From: Tubulanus polymorphus
Lineage: Eukaryota; Animalia; Nemertea
DNA: 64,000 bases
Assembly (NCBI RefSeq): GCF_964204645.1
Contig: NC_134026.1
Coordinates: forward strand, 18,200,150 to 18,264,149
Direction: 5' to 3'
This document shows, piece by piece, positions 36,586 to 48,153 of this stretch; position 1 is the stretch's first letter; each line of letters starts with the position of its first letter. The notes beneath the pieces were generated by a model, which did not search any database, was not told where the DNA came from, and saw only the letters and a list, made by a program, of their open reading frames with translations. A program made the position numbers and the translations under genes.

Positions 36586-39500
36586 TGATCTGTGAATCTT
36601 CAGTTAAGAAAATAATAAAAGAAATCCTGGGAGTAGAGGACGCAGAACATATTAAATTCCAGCGAGTCCATAGATTATATAAACGTGCGGAAAGCAACAA
36701 CAGTCCACGCGGTGTTATTGCTCGGTTCGTACATTACGCTGACCGGGAGAGAGTCAGGCGGAACGCGTATAAATTTAAAGGTACGGGACTGTCACTCAGC
36801 GAGGATTACAGCCCAGAAACTTCGAATAAAATCCGCGAATTGCTCCCAATTAAAAAAGCGGCCGTCAAAGCTGGTCACAAAGCGTTCTTCAACTGGCAGG
36901 GTAACCTTTTCGTAGACAAAAAACCGTATAAGGGTGATGGTAGCGAATTTAGACGTAAGAAAAAACCAATGAAAGTGGCCCCGCCGCAGGGGAACACGGT
37001 AGCCGAAAATCAAGACGCCACACGTGACGAAGGGGTTTTTTCGTTTCGTGCCGGACCAAGCCCAGAGAGCTTTGACAAACATGATACAGTGCCAAAAACC
37101 GTATCCAATTCAAAATTCGCGGGGAAACCGAATCACAATAGAAAACATGCGTCATCAAAGCCTGATTCGAAACGGGCACGGGTTTCTTCATCGGTTACCT
37201 CAACGGATGATGGCCTAGGCGATCTAGGCGAGGTGCTGAGGAACGCGCGCATGACACTAGATTGCGATCCGGTCCAGGCATAACGGGACACTGAGGCAAA
37301 ATTATCAATTCTATCACTAAACGTTGGCGGATTGAGGAGCAAATTACATGTCCCAGAATTTCAGGCGCTAATTCTGGAAAACGATGTTATCGCGCTAACT
37401 GAAACTAAACTCGATGATACGGACGAACAGTGGATAAAGCAGTTTTTTAAAAGTTTAGGATACAAAATATTCCTTAAGAACCGGAAAAAAATATCATCGT
37501 TCCGTTCAGGAGGCATAGCGATCGCCGATAGACTGAACTTAGCTCCACATGTATGCCCTATTGACAGCGAAAGTAAATTAGTTCTGTGGCTGCGCGTTCA
37601 TAAGCAGCTAACTGGATCTGAAAAAAATATCCAGATTGGATGTGTTTACGTTCCACCCGAATCGAGCAGTTACGGTGGAAGTGAGTGTTTTGACGAACTG
37701 AATCTCGAAATAATAGAGAATTATAATGCTAATGATTCGCACTTATTTATTTGTGGTGATTTAAATGCGTACACTGGAAGCCTATTTGATTATAGTGACC
37801 CAAACGACATTTTAACACAAGGGCTAGAATTCGAAAACGAGGTTTTTGCAGACACCCATACTTGTGTACAAATATTAAATTCCCTCAATATTACCAGACG
37901 TAAAACAAAAGATCTTTCTATTAACAACTACGGTTTACGGTTGGTGGAACTATGTAAAAACCATTCAATCATTATCCTGAATGGTCGAATAGCCCCTGAT
38001 TTAACAGTTGGTGATTTTACGTGCCATAAAGGAGATAATGAACATATTGTCGACTACATGATTTCGTCATCGTACCTTATAAACTATGTAAAGCGGCTGG
38101 AGGTAATGGCATTCGACCGGTTACTTTCCGACGTACATAGTGCCATCGTGACGCATCTACAACTTAAGACATCAGCGCCAGTTGTAACTGGTTCTCAAAA
38201 TTTCGAACCGGAGGAGGTAGTGAACTGGGACCCAGATAAAAAAGACCAATTCGCACAAGACATTTCGAGGAATTCAACGGTCCTTATTGAAATAAACGAA
38301 AACCTGATGAATGGGTCATTGAGCGCAAGCGAAGCCAATGAACGGCTTTGTGCTGTTTTGTTACAATCAGCCGTTAAAGTAATGGGCAAACGAATTGTCA
38401 AACGTAAATCGAAACCTCGGCCACCGGCCAAGGCTACCCAAAACGAAGTCGTTAGAAACACCAGGTTGGATTATCGTCGTGCAAAAAGAACATACTCATC
38501 TTTACCCTCACGTAATAATCACTACATAATGAACCGTGCGTTCCGTAAATACAAAAACGCCATTCACAAATGGAATAGTGATAGGAAGACGGTTTTCAAC
38601 GAGAAAATACGTTCACTGTCAAAATCTGACCCTCACAACTTCTGGAACTATTTCAAGAAGAACCACAATAACACGTGTAATGTCTCAAGCGCTGATTTTC
38701 TAAATCACTTTAAATCTATGAACGAGCGTCCTGTGCTTGATGGAAGTGAACCACGGCTTCATAACGTCGAAGACTTTAACGGCAATAACTATGACCAAAC
38801 CCCTTTAAATCAACGTATTAACGGGGATGAAATATTAAAGAGTATAAATAAATTAAAAAACTTTAAGGCATGTGGTACGGACAAAATCCCTAACGAGTTC
38901 TTAAAATCGGCCGAGGAGAGTTTACTACCAACACTTATGTGTCTTTTTAACAATGTCCTTGATACAGGTAATATCCCCGAATCATGGTTAAACGGAATGA
39001 TTATACCTATTTTCAAACAAAAGGGTAGTGCTGATGACCCAAGTAACTATAGGGGCGTGACTTTGTTGAGCAATGTAGGCAAACTTTTTACTAGTGTCAT
39101 CAACAACCGGCTAACTAATTACCTAGAGACGAACAATATACTAATGGAAAATCAAGCAGGTTTCAGACAAAAACACGGCATTCTGGACCATATATACTCC
39201 CTTAAGTCACTTGTGGATATGTTTTTGAATAGTAATCGCAAGCTTTACTGCATTTTTGTAGATTACAAACGTGCCTTTGATAGCATATGGAGAAAGGCTC
39301 TGTGGCATAAGATGATCAATAGTGGTGTTACGGGCAAAGTTCTAAATGTAATATGTAGCATGTACCAGGGCATCAAGTCATGTGTATTTTCTAATCATAG
39401 TAAAACAGATGCCTTTGAAAGTTTTATGGGTGTCAGACAGGGAGAAAATTTGTCCCCTGTGCTCTTTTCAATATTTTTAAATGATCTGGAAGGCTATTTA

Positions 39501-40832
39501 GATGCTCAAAATTGTCCCTCCCTAAATCTGCGCATGCGTAATGATGCATGGGTCAAATTGATGATCCTTATGTACGCAGACGATACAGTACTTATGAGCG
39601 AGAGTCCACAGGGTCTTCAGAAATTGATTGACAACCTGCATGTTTATTGCAAAGATTGGAAGTTACAAATAAATTGCGAAAAAACAAAAGTAATGATATT
39701 CTCGAAACGAAGACTCCGAAACCCTCCGGAGTTTAATATAAACGGTCGAGTGTTGGAGTTAGTACATAACTATAAGTATTTGGGTATACTATTCTCCCAT
39801 ACCGGGTCTTTTGCTCAGTGCCGAAAAGCGTTAGCAAACCAAGCACAGCGGGCTATGTTTTCTATTTTAAAAAAGGTTAGCGAATATTCACTCGACGTTG
39901 ATGTTAGTTTAAAGTTATATGATAGCATGGTATTACCAATTCTATTATTTGGTTGTGAAATTTGGGGTTACGAAAATCTCCGAGTTCTTGAGTGCGTGCA
40001 GCTGAAATTTTTTAAATATTTACTCAAGTTAAAGAAATCTACTAATAGCTCATTTGTCTATGGAGAACTGGGTCGTTTTCCTCTCGAAGTTTACGTACAG
40101 CTTAGAATTGTAAATTTTTGGGCAAAATTAATAACTGATGATAAATTATCGTCAAAGGTTTACAGTTGTGTTTATAATAGCTATATTGATGGTCAAGCTA
40201 ACTCTTGGATGGATTCTGTGAAGTAACATTTTGCTCCGAAATGGGCTCGGATATATTTGGGAAAATCAAAATATTCCAAACGTGAATTACTTGAGTCTGA
40301 TTCTTAAACAGAGATTGCAGGATCAGTTTATGCAAGTCTGGCATGCAAAACTTACTGATTCCACTATGGCTGTTACGTATTTAACAATCAAATGCCGTTT
40401 CGAAATGGAAAAGTATCTAACTGAATTAACCCCTAGGGACCGGTTAACTTTATGTAGATTTAGATGCTCAGCTCACAGGCTACCGGTGGAAGTTGGGCGG
40501 TGGCGTGGAATTGCCCGTGCCAATAGGCTGTGCCAAAAGTGTGATTTAGTGGCGGTGGGGGATGAATATCACTTTTTACTCGTCTGCCCGTACTTCCAGG
40601 AATCCAGAGCTAGATATATCCCGGAGCGTTATTGGAGATTCCCCAATAACGTAAAGTTGTATGATTTGTTTAACTCAAATTGCCAAACTCTTAAAAAATT
40701 GGCGTTGTATATACGCAAATGTTTAATACATTTCTAATGTTAAATGTTGCAATGTCTATTGTAAATTAATTTTGTGCTCTGTGCAATTGTATAATTGTGG
40801 AGTAAATAAACTTAACTTAACTTAACTTAACT
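36586..40832 (+). mobile_element. RTEX-like LINE 1 (5' truncated in ORF1)
   Basis: L1/Tnp22-like ORF1 36585-37283 (RVHRL, PRGVIARF, SEDYS); ORF2 37284-40737 with one frameshift near 40226; AATAAA + (CTTAA)n tail. Confidence 0.9.
37284..40737 (+). CDS. APE + RT + CCHC ORF2 of RTEX-like LINE 1
   Basis: SLNVGG, LTET, GDLNA, SDVH, NYRGVTLL, GVRQGENLSP, YADD, LCQKC...DEYHFLLVCP. Confidence 0.9.
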
Positions 40833-43800
40833 ATTCGATCGTTCCACCTGAGCAATCTTGCGCAGTGGATTGAGTTTGATAAAGTTTTGTGGAACACCGA
40901 TAAGCATGTTCTATTCGCAGGTATATACTTGCCACCCGAAACTAGTGTTTACGGTGGAAGTCATTTGTTTGACGATTTAAACAGCGAGATAGCGCAGGTT
41001 TTAAAAGATGAAAATTATCTCTTCATTAGTGGAGATTTTAATTCATATACAAAAACCTTCCCAGAATTTATAACCCATGATGAATTCATAGCAAATGAAT
41101 TGGGCCTGGACTTCATTTTTAATGACGCAGTGGTAGGTTTGGCTGAACTTGATAGGCTTGGAATCCGTAATAGATGTAATGAAGATAGCGGGATAAATAA
41201 CTATGGGTACAGGTTGATTGAACTTTGTAAATTGTGTAATATTTTTATTGTGAATGGGCGAGTTGGAGTTGACAGAAATATCGGGAAGTGCACGTGCTTC
41301 AAGGGAAACACAAAACACCTTGTGGACTATTTTATCAGTTCATCGAGCATTTTCAAAAACATTACAGATTTCCAAGTACTCGAATTCGAAAAGCTTTTTT
41401 CTGACGTTCACTCAGCGATATCTTGCCAAATTAGAAGGGGAAATTTACCAAAACCAGAACAACGGGACCACCCGACAGTTGTAGATCAAAATGCTAGGAT
41501 TAAGTGGAATAAACAAAGAGTTGAAACCTATAAAATTGAGCTCAAACGACGTAATGAGGACCAATTAATTGAACTCAATAGAGAACTATTAGATAATAAT
41601 ATCAATGCTGGTGATGCGAGCAATATTTTAACTGACATAATGATCAGTACTGCAGTTTCAATAATGGGGTTACAAAATGTAAAAAGTAAGAAAACGGTCA
41701 GTAATAATAAGGGGTTTAGCCCAAGATTAAAAGAGCCGAGGAGAAACTATCGTCAGATGAAACGGAGATATAGGAGGTATAAATCAAACCTAAATAGAAC
41801 AGAAATGAACAAAGCTTTTAGGCGATATAAAAAAGCTATCCGAACTCCGAGAAATATAAAAGTGAAAAATATGAATAACACCTTGCGGCAAATGAAACGC
41901 CTAAACCCAAGGGACTATTGGAAATTCTTCAAAAAGGATAACAATCCACAATGTGAAACCACACTTGAAGACCTCTTTGAATTTTATGTTGACTTAAATA
42001 AACCCCCTACAGATGAGGGGAATTACTCCGGTTTTTTAAATGCCCTTGACTTTTCGTTTGACGGCGATGAGGTATTAAATAGGTTTTTCACTACAAATGA
42101 AGTTGTTAAATGTATGAAAAGACTTAAGACTAACAAAGCTGCAGGAATAGATCGCATAACTAACGAAATTTTAAAAGCCTCACAAGAGTTCATATTACCA
42201 ACACTTGTTTTACTTTTTAACACTGTCTTAGATACCGGTGTTATCCCCGACAGTTGGACTATTGGTACTATCAAGCCAATCTATAAGGGAAAAGGCGATG
42301 CCAAAGACCCAGACAACTATCGAGGGATCACCCTCCTTAGCTGTCTGGGGAAACTTTTTACTAGCCTGATAAATGATCGTCTGACGGAATACCTAGAAAT
42401 CAATGATCTTCTACTGAAAAACCAGGCAGGCTTCAGGAAGGAGCATTCTATACTAGACCATATCTTCACTTTGAATTCACTGATTGAATTATTTATAGCA
42501 AACAATAAGAAGTTATTTTGTATCTTCATCGATTATCGAAAGGCATTCGATTCAATATGGCGTAAAGCACTCTGGCATAAAATGATAAATACTGGTATAA
42601 CTGGAAAAATATTACGAGTAATTTACAATATTTATCAAGATGCAAAGTCATGTATTCAAGTAAACGGCGTCAATTCGGAGTACTTTGAGAGTTTTAAAGG
42701 ATTGAGGCAAGGTGAGAACCTCTCCCCTATTCTGTTTTCAATATATCTGAATGATATGGAACCGTTTCTGATTGAAAGTCAGTGTGATGGTATTAGGTTC
42801 TTTCGTGACCAAGATAGCTTAGATGTTTATTTCCAACTCCTATTATTGTTATATGCAGACGATGCCGTTATACTAGCAGAATCTGCCCAAAGCCTACAAT
42901 ATACAATCGATAAAGTCTTTGAGTATTGTCAGATGTGGAAACTCGACATCAACTTGGATAAAACGAAGGCAATAATCTTTCAAAAGAGGAAATGTCGAAA
43001 TCCTCCAGAATTTTTCATAAATGGGAGTAAAATAGAATTAGTCTCCAGTTTCAGATACTTAGGTATCATTTTCTATTATAATGGAAACCTATCGACATGT
43101 ATTAAGTCTATAGCTTCACATGCTAATAAAGCTATGTTTTTTGTTTTGAAAAAGGTAACAGAATACTCCTTGAGTGTTGACATAGCTTTACAACTCTTCG
43201 ACAGTATGGTAACCCCAGTTTTAACATTCGGTTGCGAAATTTGGGGATTTCTAAATTTGAACTTGCTTGAGAAAGTTCAACTGACCTTTTTCAAATATCT
43301 ATTAAAACTAAAAAGGTCGACACCGACCTTCTTTGTTTATGGAAAACTATGACGTTTCCCCTTGGAAGTAACGGTAAAAACCAGAATGCTTAAATTTTGG
43401 AGCAAATTGTTGAATAATCATAGTAAGCTTTCTTCTTTTATGTACAAGGTTTTGTACCAACAGTCCTTATTTAATAATAATACCAGTAGATGGTTAAAAT
43501 GTATCAAGAATACATTGGAATCTAACGGACTTGGTGATTTATGGTACAACCAAAACACACCGGACCTGGAGCTCTTCTCTTTAATAGTGCGGACACGAAT
43601 AACTGATCAATTCACCCAAACTTGGCACAGCATAGTAAATGAATCAAGCATCGCCACGTACTATAAATTTTTTTAAAACCAATGGGGTATCGAAAATTAC
43701 CTTGTCAAACTGCCAACGGATCTTAGAATAAGTCTTTGCCGATTTCGCTGCTCTAACCATAAACTACCAGTCGAAATAGGAAGATATAACCGTACCCCCA

Positions 43801-45162
43801 GGGAAGAGCGAATATGTAATCTATGTAATATGAGAGTCATTGGGGATGAGTACCACTTTGTTCTAGAATGCCCTTTCCTTCAGAATCTTCGCACCCGGTT
43901 CATTAAACCATATTTTAGAATAAGACCAAGTGCCTTCAAACTGATACAATTATTAAATTCTAAAGGCAAACAGCTCTGTAACCTGTCTCGCTTTATACAG
44001 CAAGGATCAAAGTTTCTCTAACTCATATTGAATATGTACTGTTCAATGCCCGCCTTAAGCTATTGTTGATTGATAAGTATTCATGTATTTCTTTTCATTT
44101 AAACCGTGTTTGTATGAATTCTGTAAACTGCATGGATACGTGTACAATGTATGAACCTGTTTTTTTTTGCTCTGTGCAAATGTAAATTTTGTGGAGCAAT
44201 AAACTAATTGTAATTGTCTATATCGTAATTCAATCGTTTTTGAATTTTTCGAATTTTTGGGCATTCAGATTTTTTGTGACCATCTTCACGACAATGATAA
44301 CAAATTATGCCGTACGGACAATCATAAGCCATATGATCAGCTGATTTACACTTGAAACAAAGTTTTCTAGTTTTCAGTAAACATCTGAAATACGGGTGAT
44401 CAGTGTCACCGCAATGTTTGCACTGTGTTTTGTTATTGTCGCAAAAAAGTCTTACTTCAAATCTTCCAAACTTAGTCTCCACGGGTATAATGTTTTTTAC
44501 GTTTGACAGTTTTGCATAGATAGATCCGTTTAAAATTTCGGTGTCTTTAATTTTGCCTCTTCGCAGTGAACCGGTTACTACGTTGCCATACTTTTGTAGC
44601 TGATTAATAATGAACATATCCGAAAGCTCAACCGGCGCGTCTTTAATAGTTATGTTCGTTATATCAATCAATTCGTCAACTTTGCACGCTTTAATTTGAC
44701 GATTTCTGATCTTTATACCACTTTTAATGAAGTTTTCCATAGCTTCCAAATTGTAAAAAGTAATTCTGCACTCACCATTCTTCAAAAACTGAATGGCTCA
44801 AACATGTTTTGTGTTTTCTCCAAGCTTACTCAATATATCCTCCTCAAAAGATATTACAAAAGACATTAAATAAGTTACAGTAAACTCAGATAAGTACAAT
44901 TTACACATCGCACGTTTCAAATTATGCCCAGTATGACATATTTGAGTAAATATAATAATATAAATATAAGAAGGCACAGTTGTAAAAAAAACATAGTAAA
45001 GAGTACAGTAATTGAATAATAGTAAACCACAGAACAATGAAATGATGATGTTTTGCCAAATCAATTGAGCAAAATAGAATATATATATTGTTCATATAAT
45101 TGATAAAAGTTCATGAAAATTTTAAAACTCAGTTATTTCACTCAGCACCAATGTTTGTCAAC

Positions 45163-46633
45163 TTAACGATTTAACAAACGCATATTCCAACCAACACCAC
45201 GCAGAAATTCTGGCATGTCCTTCCGCCTAGTATTGTAATCCATGCACAAATTTCTCAAACGATTTTGTAAGTCCACATATTTTTTACGGATGCGCTTTGC
45301 CGGGCGTTGGCCAATTCGATCTTGTTCAATGATAGCACTAACTGCAGCATTCTCGTGCTGAAATTCCTGAATAGTCCGCCAAATAGAGGGATGACGATGC
45401 CCTACAAGATTGAAGAATTTATTATTCCAACCTTCACAGAAATTATTTGTCCGAGCGCAATTATCTAAAGTAGCCTGATGTACATTCCATTTAACAGGAG
45501 GGAAACGTGGCGGAACCCGTCTAAATCTAATAACACCACCAGGGGCACGCACATTACGATAAGTCCCGGTTCCATAAGTTGAGTTAAAATAGTTCAGCAA
45601 CTCAACAGCCTCATCAGGAACATTATCCATTAGATATAATAATCCATCTGGAACATCATCTATTGGTAGGAAGGCAAGTCCATCGATCATACCACAAAAC
45701 AACTGGAATTCTTCAATTTCCATATTGTTGTAACCCTAGCGCCTGAACCTTTCTCCACGTCGCTTGCGTTAGATGGTAGAAACATCCCCGTATTCTCTCC
45801 TGTTCATCGCCATCATCGAACGCTGCCTTCACACCTTGGTGTACTGCCATCTCAAAATCTACCATAACCATCTCGGGATCTGGGAAGATGTTCTGTTGCT
45901 GACACTTCTCCAGTAACACGCTGATAAGTTCTTGATACGTCTCCTTGGTCTTGCGCTGGAGAAACGCGTAGACTACTGTTATCGCCGAGTCACCACATGG
46001 CACCCTTATAATATATATCTGTTCAAACAGCGTTGGTGCCATACTAAAGTTACCATCCATGTACCATTTAGTTGACTGGCCTAGTTTTCTGAGACATTCA
46101 TCGCTTGCAAAGATAATGATTCGTGACGTGTTGTCGTTGTTATCGTGTAACAGGAACCGTTCTCCTTCTGCCTCGTCATCTTCTCGCTGGGAACCAGTAG
46201 TAGCCCAGCGGCCTTCTATGCGTAGTTCATGTAAAGATTGCGGATTTTTTGGTAAGTTCTTCCGTCTGTGTCTTCTGATGGCTTGCTTGCAGATGTCTTC
46301 ATTTGGCAATGATCCCTTGACTTGTTCAGGGAACTGGGCAATTACTTCTGAGTAGATCTGAACTGGCTTTGAGTGGGATATCTCAGAATTCATCTTCAAT
46401 CTGGCTTTAGCTGTGGCTATTTCTGTATCACTACTACCATGGTTGTGTAGCATACTGACAACTGGATCTGTCATTGTGGCTGTGGACATCACGCTTCCTT
46501 TACAACTATCGCTCTTCTTCTTAACACATTCCCATCTTATCTTGTTATTACGCTCGTACTGTTTGGTGTACAAGTAGCCATCCATACATAACTTGTGGCC
46601 TCCTCTTGACGTTTTAATAATTTCGTGCGGCAT
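45163..46633 (-). pseudogene. FLYWCH-MULE transposase, one frameshift near 45715
   Basis: KTSRGG...YLY...WEC...CKG...HNH; YMDGNF, VDFEMA, GCFYH, TNNFCEGWN. Confidence 0.9.
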
Positions 46634-46720
46634 GTTTGCTGTAAATATTAACTATGATGATGTTTCCCCAAAAATTGGCCTTTTTATACAGTTTCCTATA
46701 GCTGATAAGTAATCAAAAGC

Positions 46721-46812
46721 AATGAATCCACTCACTCACTAATTAAGCGCACCCATTGGTTAATTACTAATGAATCCACTCACCCACTAATTAAGCGCAC
46801 CTATTGGTTAAT
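46721..46812. repeat. 48-bp tandem duplication upstream of the MULE transposase, each unit with an ATTGG (CCAAT) box
   Basis: AATGAATCCACTCAC(T/C)CACTAATTAAGCGCACC(C/T)ATTGGTTAAT twice. Confidence 0.8.
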
Positions 46813-48153
46813 AAAGAGTTCTCATTGGTTTTGTTTTAATGCACTATATTAAGCATTTTCGGGTCTTTTTTATTAATGATTCAATTACAGTGGATTGTCA
46901 GAGCAATTCCCTTTTTAATTCAAAACATTCTCAAAACAATTGAGTAAATCAAAAACAGTTTTGGAACCCTGCATCAATATTGGTTTTATTCAACAACTCT
47001 CCTATTTCAGTATGTACAAGGCAACTTATGGATTCATAGAGAAATACTCATTTTAGTTTTAAAATGAATAACTGCAACAATGCGTTAATATATTGAATAA
47101 TTAAATCCTTTGATCTAAGAAACAATGAGGATTAATAAGATTAAAGGTTTTATTAAATAAAGCAAATTGCCTTGCTATTGTCAGATTGAGTCAGGTGGAA
47201 CTTGAATTTAGCTCACATGCTTAGGCAACATAATATTATACTAGAAATTCTGTTAATGTCCATCGATCAAAAATGAATTTTCATAATCAAATCATTTATT
47301 TCCAATTATTTCATTAATAATATTAAATTGAACACTTGGAGGGAAAATGTATGTTTTTGGAGGGAAAGTAACTGAAGGGATAATGATTGAGGGATTTTGT
47401 GTGGAGGGAAAATGGCCGGAGGAAAAATGACAGTGAATCCAGATTTTATCTCTTTGTGCCTGCTTTCCATTTGATTGAGACGTTGAATAAACCCAGGAAG
47501 AAAGACACTCTAAATATTTGGATGGATATATGAAAGCTGTGGGTACTGGAGTGTGTAATGGGTAGTGTAGTGTGATCTGTGTGCATTTGTGGCCAGCACA
47601 CAGATCACATTGTTCAATGGGGTTTGGTCCAGGACTCGCGGGATTTTCAACAACACGAAGTAAAGTGTAATAAATGATGACTTGAATTGCATGACTACCT
47701 ACCACCCCTCATTATTGTTGGAAAACTAAACGTTCGGCACTGACTAAAAATTAGTAATAACATTTTAGAAATGGCCAGAATTTTAACTTAGGTTCTATCT
47801 CATTTTTATTTTACAATTGCGATTGATATAATTTTTTTTAAACGGCCGTTAAGGCTTCATGTTTCGTCTGCAATTCACTGCAAATAGTTACGCAACTACG
47901 CACATTTCAGTGTTTTTGGCAGCTGTACACTCAATCGGCACCGTTCGTGACTAGCTTCACTGCGGAATTATCATTAATTATCATCGCCATATCACATCAT
48001 CAACTTATATTGTGCCTTAAAACCCTAACAGCCGAAATAATTGAAATGCACACACTATTTCTATCATTGAAAATTGAGAGAGTGGCCATGTTTGTGGTTG
48101 CTGCTTCGCGTAAATCCCGCGCGGTGGCGCAACCGCGCGGAGTGGGGCCGATA

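Larger units (their letters stand above)
36494..44215 (+). mobile_element. RTEX-like LINE 2 (5' truncated), host of RTEX-like LINE 1
   Basis: APE piece NNRRSLSVRKSGGIAIAIRYDISQYV (36505-36585) continues as TIRSFHLSNLAQW at 40830; ORF2 40887-44021 (QGENLSP, YADD, C-terminal C..C...DEYH...CP); AATAAA + AATTGT tail. Confidence 0.85.
33946..44790 (-). mobile_element. CR1-group (L2/Crack-like) LINE B, truncated at both ends and split by RTEX insertions at 36494-44215
   Basis: ORF1 N-part 44219-44785 (3x CCHC, homologous to LINE A ORF1) joins the esterase part 35726-36493 (KRLNYDID|ENSISDHQS; GTC on both sides); ORF2 APE 34343-35729; RT start to GFRKNYST. Confidence 0.85.
44790..47440 (-). mobile_element. 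Mutator/MULE DNA transposon (one terminus at 47440; other end deleted)
   Basis: Transposase 45163-46633; terminus on minus GGATTCACTGTCATTTTTCCTCC with repeated GGAGGGAAA subterminal motifs (47338-47425). Confidence 0.8.
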
